NCBI GenBank assembly: GCA_036500645.1
Contig: DASYBR010000041.1
Location: 34,874 to 98,873, forward strand
From: Mycobacterium sp.
Lineage (GTDB): Bacteria; Actinomycetota; Actinomycetes; Mycobacteriales; Mycobacteriaceae
Direction: 5' to 3'
DNA: 64,000 nucleotides
Below are positions 39,403 to 47,440 of the stretch, piece by piece. The translations under genes and the position numbers were made by a program. Each line of letters starts with the position of its first letter. Position 1 is the stretch's first letter. The notes beneath the pieces were generated by a model. That model made no database searches. It worked only from the letters and a program-made list of their open reading frames with translations, and was not told where the DNA came from.

Positions 39403-39456
39403 TCAACCGGCGACAAGTCCCGTCAGGCAAACCCGATGGGCGACGGCGCAACTCAT
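39403..39456 (-). CDS. 17-aa ORF (MSCAVAHRVCLTGLVAG) with strong SD; leader peptide or gene scar
   Basis: GAGGAGG 6 nt before ATG; its TGA overlaps an ATG in frame with the DUF1295 remnant. Confidence 0.4.
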   Translation of the reverse strand: MSCAVAHRVCLTGLVAG

Positions 39457-39515
39457 GTGGGGCCTCCTCACCGCGCCGCCCGCGTGGCCCGGACCGTCGG
39501 CCGAGGTCGGCAAAC

Positions 39516-39529
39516 TGTAACACGTTCTA
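39516..39529. promoter_or_regulatory. KstR operator
   Basis: TGTAACACGTTCTA matches TnnAACnnGTTnnA exactly and lies in an intergenic region. Confidence 0.75.
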
Positions 39530-39595
39530 CCCGCGCGTCAGGAAAGCCTCTTAACTCGGACCGATGAGTCCGCCCGGTGGCCGCGGCGCCCAGGT

Positions 39596-40480
39596 ATGGT
39601 CGCACCGACAGACATTCTGGTCGGGGAGATGTTGCAGGTACAGACGCCGTTGGCCGCACATGCGCGGACCACGTTGCTCGCCGCGGTACGTGCCTCGGCG
39701 CCTCGCCCCGTCGCGGCCAGACGAGCCGCCCGAAGTTTCGAGCGAAGTCTTGGGCCGGCGGTGTGGGCCGAGATCCGCTGGGCCTTCACCCCGCCGCGCA
39801 CTTGGTTGATGGGTGTGGTGGCCAACGTGGTTTTCGCCGCGGGATGGCTGGTGGTGCAGCCGTTGGCAAGCGGCCGCTACCACGACTGGGCGGTGCTGGT
39901 GGGCGTCTACTTCTCCTCGTGGGTGCTCGCCGACGTGACGACCACCAACCTGCTCGGCTGCGATCACTACCGGGTCCGGCAGGCCTTGGCCAACGGGGTG
40001 CCGATCTGGCGGATCCTGGTGATCAAGAACCTGGCCCTGCTCGCGATCGTCGGGTTGCCCACCCTGGCGTCGGCGATGGTGCTGACGCTCTGGCTGGAAA
40101 CACCTGGGCGGCTGGCGATCACGGTTCCCACTGTCGCGGTGCCGATAGTGTCCTGGCTGGGGGTGGGCAATCTCATCTCGGTGCTGCACCCGGTGGGCGT
40201 CGAGCCGCTGGTGCGGCGCTGCCGGCAGCGGCACGACCGGCACCGCACCGGCGGCTGGGTGCTGGCCCTCACGTTGCCGTACGCGCTGTACTACGTGGCC
40301 GACCCGATGGGCGGGGTGGAGCATCGCGTGCTCTGGCAGAAATTGCCGGCCTTGATCTGGCCCATCTTCGGGCGCGACACCAAGAGCTTCGTGCATCTGG
40401 CGACCGCCACCGGGGTTTGGGCGGTCGGCACCGTCGGCGCCGTGTGGTGGGTGCGCAAGCGCGGGCTCGAGATCAAATGA
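39596..40480 (+). CDS. Hypothetical multi-pass membrane protein
   Basis: 294-aa ORF with about six hydrophobic segments; start uncertain. Confidence 0.75.
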   Translation: MVAPTDILVGEMLQVQTPLAAHARTTLLAAVRASAPRPVAARRAARSFERSLGPAVWAEIRWAFTPPRTWLMGVVANVVFAAGWLVVQPLASGRYHDWAVLVGVYFSSWVLADVTTTNLLGCDHYRVRQALANGVPIWRILVIKNLALLAIVGLPTLASAMVLTLWLETPGRLAITVPTVAVPIVSWLGVGNLISVLHPVGVEPLVRRCRQRHDRHRTGGWVLALTLPYALYYVADPMGGVEHRVLWQKLPALIWPIFGRDTKSFVHLATATGVWAVGTVGAVWWVRKRGLEIK

Positions 40481-40483
40481 GAT

Positions 40484-41305
40484 TTACATGACGACGTGGC
40501 CGGCATCGACCGGCACGGTCACACCCGTGATGTAACGCGACCGGGGGCTGAGGAGCCACAGCACCGCTTCGGTGACGTCTTGCGGCTCGACCAGGGGCAC
40601 GTCGGGCAGCAGCATCTGGGAGACCGCCGGATTCGGGTTCTCCAGCATCCGGTTGACCACGAAGTCGTTGAGGATCATCGGGGTCATGACACCGCTCGGA
40701 TGTATCGAGTTGACCCGAATCTTGTGCGGCGCATAGGCATTCGCCGCCGAGCGCATCAATCCCACGATGCCGTGCTTGGACGCGGCGTAGGCGAACATGG
40801 CGGCGCTACCGTCACCGCCGCGGCCGGTCAGGCCCTGTGACGAACTGACCAGCACTATTGAGCCGCCCCGGCCTTTGCGGACGATCGACGGCACAGTCGC
40901 GAGAAGCGTGTGCCACACGCCCCTGAGGTTGGTGTCGACGATCGCGTCGAACACCGGTTGGGCGCGGGGCTCGGGATCCCCGATCGCCACCACACCGGCG
41001 TTCGCGATGACGATGTCGACGTCCCCGAGCTCGTCGATTCCGGCCTGCACCGCGGCTTCCAGTTGGGCCAGGTCGCGGACGTCCGCGACGACGGCCACCA
41101 CCTTGCCGCCCGCGGCTTGGATCAGCCGCGCGGTCTCGTCGAGGTCGGATTTGGTCGCCAGCGGATAGGGAATCGCGTCGATGTCGGCGCACAGGTCCAC
41201 GGCGATGATGTCGGCGCCCCGCTCCGCGAGTGCGACGGCGTGGCTGCGACCCTGGCCACGCGCCGCGCCGGTGATGACGGCGACCGTGTTGTCGAATTCA
41301 CCCAT
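40484..41305 (-). CDS. Mycofactocin-coupled SDR oxidoreductase
   Basis: TGAARGQGRSHAV, DLCADIDAIPYPLAT insert, ANAG, YAASK. Confidence 0.9.
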   Translation of the reverse strand: MGEFDNTVAVITGAARGQGRSHAVALAERGADIIAVDLCADIDAIPYPLATKSDLDETARLIQAAGGKVVAVVADVRDLAQLEAAVQAGIDELGDVDIVIANAGVVAIGDPEPRAQPVFDAIVDTNLRGVWHTLLATVPSIVRKGRGGSIVLVSSSQGLTGRGGDGSAAMFAYAASKHGIVGLMRSAANAYAPHKIRVNSIHPSGVMTPMILNDFVVNRMLENPNPAVSQMLLPDVPLVEPQDVTEAVLWLLSPRSRYITGVTVPVDAGHVVM

Positions 41306-41307
41306 GG

Positions 41308-42198
41308 CTACACCTCCAGCGTGGTGCCGGTTTCTTGTTCCGCGAAGGCGACGAGTCGGGCTGCCGCGTCGTAGTCACACGCGACCGCAGAGCGGCCGAT
41401 GAGCACCGGGTCGCCTCGCAGGCCCATCCTGCCGGTGACGCCCACGTAGCACCCCGGCGGTATCGGTTCGCTGATGCAGTACAGCGTGGGCGCCGCACCC
41501 TCGTCGATGTCATTGGCCAGCCGGTCGGCAACGACCTTGACGGTGTTGTGCGCCAACGACATCAGTGGCGAGTCGGACAGCTGCGACAGATTCGAGGCCA
41601 CCCAGCCCGGGTGGGTGAGCTGCGTGACGATCGGCGAGCGCGCGGCGCGTAACCTGCGGTCCAGCTCCAGCCCCCACAACATGACCGTCAGCTTTGATTG
41701 CGCATAAGCGCCCAATCGCGTCCACTTGTTGCGGCGAAAGTGGAGGTCGTCGAGCCGCAGGGTGGCCGACCGGTGCGCGTCGGAGCCGACGTTGATGATC
41801 TGCGAACGGACCCGGGGCAGCAGCAGGTTGGTCAAGGAGAACGGTCCGAGCAGATTGGTGCCCAGCGTCTTCTCGAATCCGTCGGCGGTCTCAATGCGGC
41901 GGTCGGTGAGTGCGCCGGCGTTGTTGATCAGGATGTCGACGTCGCCGTCGATCAGGTCTGGGAAACTGCGCACCGACGACTGGTCGGCGAGATCGAGTTT
42001 GACCACGGTCGTCGAGCCGCCGATCTCGGCTGCGCGTTGCTCCCCGAGATCGGTGTTGCGCACGGCGAGGATCACGTGGGCGCCTGCCTTCGTGAGAGCA
42101 CGCGCGGTGCCTAGCCCAACGCCGTTCGTCGCCCCGGTCACGATGATTCGCTTGCCGGTCAAGTCGCCGAGTCGGCCCGGCGTCCAAGGTAACGTCAC
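41308..42198 (-). CDS. SDR oxidoreductase (retinol dehydrogenase-like)
   Basis: TGATNGVG, NNAG, YAQSK, HPGWVAS; TAGTCT -10 7 nt before GTG. Confidence 0.9.
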   Translation of the reverse strand: MTLPWTPGRLGDLTGKRIIVTGATNGVGLGTARALTKAGAHVILAVRNTDLGEQRAAEIGGSTTVVKLDLADQSSVRSFPDLIDGDVDILINNAGALTDRRIETADGFEKTLGTNLLGPFSLTNLLLPRVRSQIINVGSDAHRSATLRLDDLHFRRNKWTRLGAYAQSKLTVMLWGLELDRRLRAARSPIVTQLTHPGWVASNLSQLSDSPLMSLAHNTVKVVADRLANDIDEGAAPTLYCISEPIPPGCYVGVTGRMGLRGDPVLIGRSAVACDYDAAARLVAFAEQETGTTLEV

Positions 42199-42206
42199 GG
42201 CCGTCA

Positions 42207-42223
42207 GACTAATGGCATTAGTC
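42207..42223. promoter_or_regulatory. Palindromic operator GACTAATG-G-CATTAGTC
   Basis: Perfect 8-bp inverted repeat overlapping the -10 of the SDR at 42198, in a divergent promoter region. Confidence 0.55.
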
Positions 42224-42331
42224 CGAAATGGTCGCAGGGGCTGTTGGTTCTGCCATCATGGTCTGCGATCTACCGGTATTGCCTTGGCAAAGTGGTGCAA
42301 AGGAACGGAGTCAATTCGAGGTGGTTCGCCC

Positions 42332-42775
42332 ATGAGTGAGAGCGCATTAGAAATCACCAACCTGATTTACACCTACGCGCAACTTCTGGACTCCGGTGAC
42401 TTGGATGCGGTCGCCGAGCTCTTCGCCCACGGCCGGATCTGCGGAATGGAAGACGGTCCGCCCGAAACGGTGTTCGCCGGGGCCGCCGGTGTCCGCAAGA
42501 TGTATGAGATGGCCACGCGCATCTACTCCGACGGCACCCCGAAGACCAGGCACAACACCAGCAACGTACAGCTGCACATCGACGAGGCCCAGGGCACCGC
42601 CCGCAGCACGTCCTACTACTGCGTGACCCAGGCGACCCCCGATTTGCCGTTACAGGTGATCGTGACCGGTCATTACCAGGACACGTTTCACCGGGTGGAT
42701 GGCGCGTGGTGCTTCGATACCCGCATCATGTTCGTCGACCAGGTCGGCGATGTCAGCCATCACCTGAAATTCTGA
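42332..42775 (+). CDS. SnoaL / NTF2-like domain protein
   Basis: EITNLIYTYAQLLDSGD, TRHNTSNV, GHYQDTFHRVDGAWCF; start ATG 42332 after GAGGT. Confidence 0.85.
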   Translation: MSESALEITNLIYTYAQLLDSGDLDAVAELFAHGRICGMEDGPPETVFAGAAGVRKMYEMATRIYSDGTPKTRHNTSNVQLHIDEAQGTARSTSYYCVTQATPDLPLQVIVTGHYQDTFHRVDGAWCFDTRIMFVDQVGDVSHHLKF

Positions 42776-42797
42776 CACGGTTAGGGATTCGACCCCT

Positions 42798-44006
42798 GTG
42801 GACAACGCGGGCGCCTTTGCCTTGGCCGGTGTGCTGGCCGACGCCGCGGGCAAGGAGTCGCTGACCGACTGGGGGCCCGGCGAGTTCGAAGGTCCGCTGA
42901 GCATTCTGCTGGCTGACTACCAGGACGCCGAACTCAACGCCGTCGGCACCCACATTCTGCGGTCCGGCATCGTCCACAGCCTGCGGATGCGATTGCGCGC
43001 CCAGGAGTGGATGCGCCGCCACCCGGAGATCCTCGACGAGCGGATCGTCGCACCGGTTGTCGTCGTGGGGATGATGCGCAGCGGGACGACGCTGCTGCAA
43101 CGACTGCTGGCCGCCGACCCCCGGTTCCACTGTGCCTACGGCTGGGAGGTCGTCGAGGTCGCACCACGGCTCGGTCACCGGTTTGCCGGTGTCGATCCGC
43201 GCATCGCGGTGAGTGAGATGCGGGAAGCGAAATCTCGCGAACTGGCACCGGACTTGTTCGCCATCCATCCGATGTATGCCCGGGAGGCCGAGGAGGAGAT
43301 CGTCTTTCTCGCCGATGCGTTTCTGTCGCATGTCCCGGAATCCGGTGTGCACCTTCCGGTTTACCGGTCATGGCTCGACGAGCAGGATTTCGCGCCCGCC
43401 TACGCCTACCTGCACCGCATGCTGCGGTTCCTGCAATGGCAGAAGCGGCAGACAGGTTTGACCGCGCAACGTTGGGTGCTCAAGTCGCCCGCCCATCTCG
43501 GCTATCTCGACGTGCTGCGATCCGAATTTGAAGACCTGCACATCGTCCACATGCATCGTGACCCGCGCACCACGATCGCGTCGGGCGCCAGCCTGAACGC
43601 GACGCTGCACGCGATGCACGCCGACACCGTCGACTTGCCCCGGGTAGGCGCGCAATGGTTGCAGCGGATGGGCTGGACCAATGACCGCGCGATGGCGGTC
43701 CGACAGCAATGGGCTTCACAAACCGGCCCAGACGTCGCCCGGGTAACCGACATCGCCTTCGACGACGCGATGGCCGACCCCATCGGGCAAGTGGCCCGCG
43801 TCTACGACGCGATCGGGCTGCCGCTGACGGCCGAGGCGGAAAGCGCGATGCGACGCTGGCTGGCTGAGCGTCCGCGCGAGGCGGCCCGCCCGCCCTACGA
43901 GCTGGAGAACTACGGCCTGCGCCCGGAGCAGGTTGACGAGCGATTCGCGTTGTACAACAAGCATTTTCATCCGCATCTTTCGGAACGAGGAGCAGTGAAT
44001 GGGTGA
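42798..44006 (+). CDS. Sulfotransferase family protein
   Basis: 5'-PSB-like GMMRSGTT, WVLKSPAH, HMHRDP..S. Confidence 0.9.
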   Translation: MDNAGAFALAGVLADAAGKESLTDWGPGEFEGPLSILLADYQDAELNAVGTHILRSGIVHSLRMRLRAQEWMRRHPEILDERIVAPVVVVGMMRSGTTLLQRLLAADPRFHCAYGWEVVEVAPRLGHRFAGVDPRIAVSEMREAKSRELAPDLFAIHPMYAREAEEEIVFLADAFLSHVPESGVHLPVYRSWLDEQDFAPAYAYLHRMLRFLQWQKRQTGLTAQRWVLKSPAHLGYLDVLRSEFEDLHIVHMHRDPRTTIASGASLNATLHAMHADTVDLPRVGAQWLQRMGWTNDRAMAVRQQWASQTGPDVARVTDIAFDDAMADPIGQVARVYDAIGLPLTAEAESAMRRWLAERPREAARPPYELENYGLRPEQVDERFALYNKHFHPHLSERGAVNG

Positions 44007-45243
44007 CGACCCCGTTGCGACAACGTCGCAGCACCAACAGGAACTGGCCGCGCTGGATCTGATCGAGCACCCAGAAGTCAAGGCGGCCTACCGCACGGTG
44101 GCGGAGACCTGGCTGGGCCGGGCAAAGGCGTCGGACTCGATGCGTGAGCGGTTCGACGATTCGTTCGCCGAGGTGATGTTCTCGGCGGCGGTCTGGTCGT
44201 CCAACCAGGACAAGCTCCGGCCCAAGGTCAGTTGCATCACCCGGCTCGCGCATTGCGTGGACGGGCGCCGGATTCCCGGATCACGTTGGGGGATCGACAA
44301 TCCCGACAGTGTGTACCGGGTGATCCCGATTTCGGGGGAGGAGCGCTACGAGATCAACGGGCGGGTCGGCGAGCACCGCATGACCGAAAACTACTTCACG
44401 CTGTGGGATGCGCACATGGGCACCGTCGACGTGCTGAACGGCCGAACCATGCAGGTGGATTCCGACGGCAGCTTCACGATCACGGTCGACGCTGAACCGG
44501 CCGGCGGGCGGCCTAACCACGTGCAGACCACGTCGGAGGCGCACGAGTTCTACATCCGTGACGTGCTGCTGAATTGGGGTCAAGATGACCCGAATCACAT
44601 TGCGGTGCAACGACTCGGCGGTCCGCCGGCAAGCCCCGCCCGGACGCTCGACGAGCAGGCCGAGGCGACGGCGACGATGATGGCGTATTTCGCCGACTTC
44701 ACCGGCAAGCTCAGCCACGGCGTGTACAAGATGTCGGCCAACCATTTCAACCTGGCGTGGTCGGCGGACAAGGTCGGGGCGATGCGCAACCAGGTCTATG
44801 TCATGGGCCGTTTCGACCTCGCTCCCGACGAGGCCTTCGTGGTCGACCTCAGCGACGGTGGCGCCGAATACTTCACGGTGCCGCTGAGCAACATCTGGGG
44901 TACCACACTGGACGTCGTCGACCGCACCGGCAGCCTCAACAAGTCGCAGTCGGTGGCCAACGAGGACGGCACCTACACGTATGTGATCTCGCCGACCGAC
45001 CCGGGCCTGGCGAACTGGATCGACTCCGACGGGCTGCGTGAAGGCATCCTGACGTTGCGGATGGCCGAGTTCGGCGGCGGCGGTCCCCGGGAGGACCTCG
45101 GCGCCCGCGGACGGGTCGTCAAGCTGGACCGGCTCGAGGCCGAGGTGCCGACCTTGCGCCGGGTCACCGCCGCGGAACGGGCGGCCGAACTCGCCGACCG
45201 GCGCGCGGCCTACCTGCGCCGCCTGCCGGAAGGGACGGCCTGA
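43999..45243 (+). CDS. DUF1214-like conserved protein
   Basis: WGIDNPDSVY, DGSFTITV, SLNKSQ, DPGLANWIDSDG; overlaps the sulfotransferase stop. Confidence 0.8.
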   Translation: MGDDPVATTSQHQQELAALDLIEHPEVKAAYRTVAETWLGRAKASDSMRERFDDSFAEVMFSAAVWSSNQDKLRPKVSCITRLAHCVDGRRIPGSRWGIDNPDSVYRVIPISGEERYEINGRVGEHRMTENYFTLWDAHMGTVDVLNGRTMQVDSDGSFTITVDAEPAGGRPNHVQTTSEAHEFYIRDVLLNWGQDDPNHIAVQRLGGPPASPARTLDEQAEATATMMAYFADFTGKLSHGVYKMSANHFNLAWSADKVGAMRNQVYVMGRFDLAPDEAFVVDLSDGGAEYFTVPLSNIWGTTLDVVDRTGSLNKSQSVANEDGTYTYVISPTDPGLANWIDSDGLREGILTLRMAEFGGGGPREDLGARGRVVKLDRLEAEVPTLRRVTAAERAAELADRRAAYLRRLPEGTA

Positions 45244-45244
45244 C

Positions 45245-46075
45245 GTGGCGCGCTGGCTGGTCACCGGGTGCTCCACCGGCTTCGGCCGCGAGATCGCCCG
45301 CGCCGCACTCGAAGACGGCCACAGTGTGGTGGTTACCGCGCGACGGGCGGACGCGGTGGCCGATCTCGTCGACGAGTTCGGGGGCCGGGCGCTGGCTGTC
45401 GCACTCGACGTGACCGACGCCGCCCAGATCGCGGCAGCGGTGTCGGCCGCTCACGAGGCGTTCGGCGGGATCGACGTCCTGGTCAACAACGCCGGCCACG
45501 GCTACCTGTCCGCGGTGGAGGAAGGCGAGGACGCCGAGGTCCGAAAACTGTTCGACATCAACTACTTCGGTTCGGTCGACATGATCAAGGCGGTGCTGCC
45601 GGCGATGCGTGCCCGTGGCTCCGGGCACATCATCAACATCTCATCGATGACCGGTCTGGTGGCCAACCCGCCCAACGCGTATTACTCGTCGACGAAATTC
45701 GCACTCGAAGCGGTGACCGAAGCGCTGGCCGCCGAGGTTCGGCCGCTGGGTATCAAGGTGACGGCGATCGAGCCGGGCGCCTTCCGCACCGATTGGGCGA
45801 GCAGGTCGATGAAAGAGTCGGACCAGCCGATAGCCGCCTACGCCGACGTAGCGGCGCGCAAGGACCTCATCAAGCAGTTCGCCGATCACCTGCCCGGCGA
45901 TCCGCGGAAGGTGGCCGCGGCGGTGCTGATGTTGACCAAGCTCGACGAACCCCCGTTGCGCTTGCTGTTGGGTCGCGACGTCCTCAAGGCGATGCGCGAC
46001 AAGATCGCGGCCCTCACGGCATCCATCGACGAGTGGGAATCCGTCACCAAGGACGTGAACTTCCCTAGCTCGTGA
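45245..46075 (+). CDS. SDR oxidoreductase
   Basis: TGCSTGFG, NNAG, YSSTK, EPGAFRT. Confidence 0.92.
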   Translation: MARWLVTGCSTGFGREIARAALEDGHSVVVTARRADAVADLVDEFGGRALAVALDVTDAAQIAAAVSAAHEAFGGIDVLVNNAGHGYLSAVEEGEDAEVRKLFDINYFGSVDMIKAVLPAMRARGSGHIINISSMTGLVANPPNAYYSSTKFALEAVTEALAAEVRPLGIKVTAIEPGAFRTDWASRSMKESDQPIAAYADVAARKDLIKQFADHLPGDPRKVAAAVLMLTKLDEPPLRLLLGRDVLKAMRDKIAALTASIDEWESVTKDVNFPSS

Positions 46076-46532
46076 CCGCCCGCATGCTGCTACGGGCCGC
46101 GACGATTCCGGCGTTGGACACCGTGAAGCCGCAGCCCGAGTGCACGGTGCAGGTCACCCCGTCGACGTCCGACCGGCAGGTGAACGGCCCCAAGCCGGCG
46201 GACTGGTCGTACGCCAGGGTTGGCTGGCCCAAACCTGGATTGCCCAAACAGTTTTCGCCTCCACAGACGAAGAACGTGCCCCTGGGGTCCATGTGCACGG
46301 ACTGTGGCGCCGACCCCTGACGGCTGGTCTGGCAATACGTCGAGTCGGGCGGACCCGGTTCGCGTTGGTAATCGATCTCGCAGCTGATGGCGTGTGAGGG
46401 GGAGTAGAAGGAGCACACGTGCTCTGAGCAGATCGGATTATCCGCGCCGGCGGAGGGCACTCCCGCGCAGAAGCCGATCGCGGCGACGCCCGACGCCGCG
46501 ACTCTCAGTCCTCTCCGGACAACGCCGCTCAT
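46065..46532 (-). CDS. Secreted Cys-rich hypothetical protein
   Basis: Signal peptide ending AGA-D, FYSPS..ISC, GPFTCRS..GVTC; GAAGGA SD. Confidence 0.75.
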   Translation of the reverse strand: MSGVVRRGLRVAASGVAAIGFCAGVPSAGADNPICSEHVCSFYSPSHAISCEIDYQREPGPPDSTYCQTSRQGSAPQSVHMDPRGTFFVCGGENCLGNPGLGQPTLAYDQSAGLGPFTCRSDVDGVTCTVHSGCGFTVSNAGIVAARSSMRAVTS

Positions 46533-46589
46533 GTTCGTTTCCTTCGCGACTTGGTGTCAGGACGTTACGCAGGGGCTGCCAAAGCGGGT

Positions 46590-46605
46590 GTCCCGGCCAG
46601 CGGTC
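46590..46605. promoter_or_regulatory. Steroid-cluster 16-bp motif, copy 1 (GTCCCGGCCAGCGGTC)
   Basis: 42 nt upstream of the padR ATG; see findings. Confidence 0.55.
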
Positions 46606-46647
46606 AGTGGCCCGCGGCAGTGGCGTCCGTGTTGCTAACCTGGCGAA

Positions 46648-47325
46648 ATGGACCAGAGCGGCGACAAGCTGACAAAGGCGACACTTGCCGCCACCAGCTG
46701 GGCTCTGCTGGGCATGATGTCCTACGAAGAGGAAGTCTCGGGCTACGACCTCAAAAAGTGGATCGACTGGAGCGTTGACCTGTACTACTGGAGCCCCTCG
46801 TACAGCCAGATCTACACCGAGCTGAAGAAGCTCGAAATCCTGGGTCTGGTCACTTCGCGCGTCGAGCGCGACGAGGGCACCCGCAGCCGCCGGCTCTACA
46901 AGATCACCCCGGCAGGGATGGACGCCGTCACCGAGTGGACCAACCACGCCCCCGTGGATCCGCCGGTGCTCAAGCACAGTGTGCTGCTACGGGTTACGTT
47001 CGGTCACCTCAGTAATCCGGCCCGGCTCAAGGAATTACTGCAGGAGCATGCGGAGTCCGCGGAAGCCAAGCATCGCAAAGCGCTTGAGGACGCCGAAGGT
47101 GCCGAGGCCGAACCCGCTTGGGCGTACTCGGTGCTCGCGCTGCGCTGGGCGGCCAAGTATTACGCCGCCGAGCGTGAATTCGCCCTGGAACTGATGAAGG
47201 ACATCGACGAGGCCGACGCCATCCTGCAGAAGGCCCCCAAGGGTGGTTACGGCAAACCGCGCACCACGCCGGGCTATTGGCGCGAAGTCGAAAAGCAGGT
47301 CGAAGCACGACGCGAAGCAGATTGA
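46648..47325 (+). CDS. PadR-family transcriptional regulator
   Basis: SGYDLKK, YWSPSYSQIYTELKKLE, LYKITPAG; extended -10 TGcTAACCT 6 nt before ATG. Confidence 0.92.
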   Translation: MDQSGDKLTKATLAATSWALLGMMSYEEEVSGYDLKKWIDWSVDLYYWSPSYSQIYTELKKLEILGLVTSRVERDEGTRSRRLYKITPAGMDAVTEWTNHAPVDPPVLKHSVLLRVTFGHLSNPARLKELLQEHAESAEAKHRKALEDAEGAEAEPAWAYSVLALRWAAKYYAAEREFALELMKDIDEADAILQKAPKGGYGKPRTTPGYWREVEKQVEARREAD

Positions 47326-47329
47326 TTCT

Positions 47330-47440
47330 GATGGTGGCGACCCGCTTCGCCCGGCTACGCCGCCCTCGCGATCGCCACTAGTTTGGATGGTGGCGACCCG
47401 CTTCGCCCGGCTACGCCGCCCTCGCGATCGCCACTAGTTT
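47330..47440. repeat. Two-copy 56-bp tandem repeat (MIRU/VNTR-like), each unit self-complementary
   Basis: GATGGTGGCGACCCGCTTCGCCCGGCTACGCCGCCCTCGCGATCGCCACTAGTTT at 47330 and 47386; arms GTGGCGA / TCGCCAC. Confidence 0.92.

Noticed and set aside
39210-39416. N-terminal extension of the FAD oxidoreductase
   Set aside because: Arg-rich alternate frame over the DUF1295 remnant; the Rossmann motif begins just after ATG 39209.
41726-42331. N-terminal 202-aa extension of the SnoaL ORF
   Set aside because: Overlaps the SDR on the opposite strand; the domain and SD start at 42332.
47330-47440. Possible CRISPR array
   Set aside because: Two directly adjacent 56-bp units, no spacers, no cas genes.
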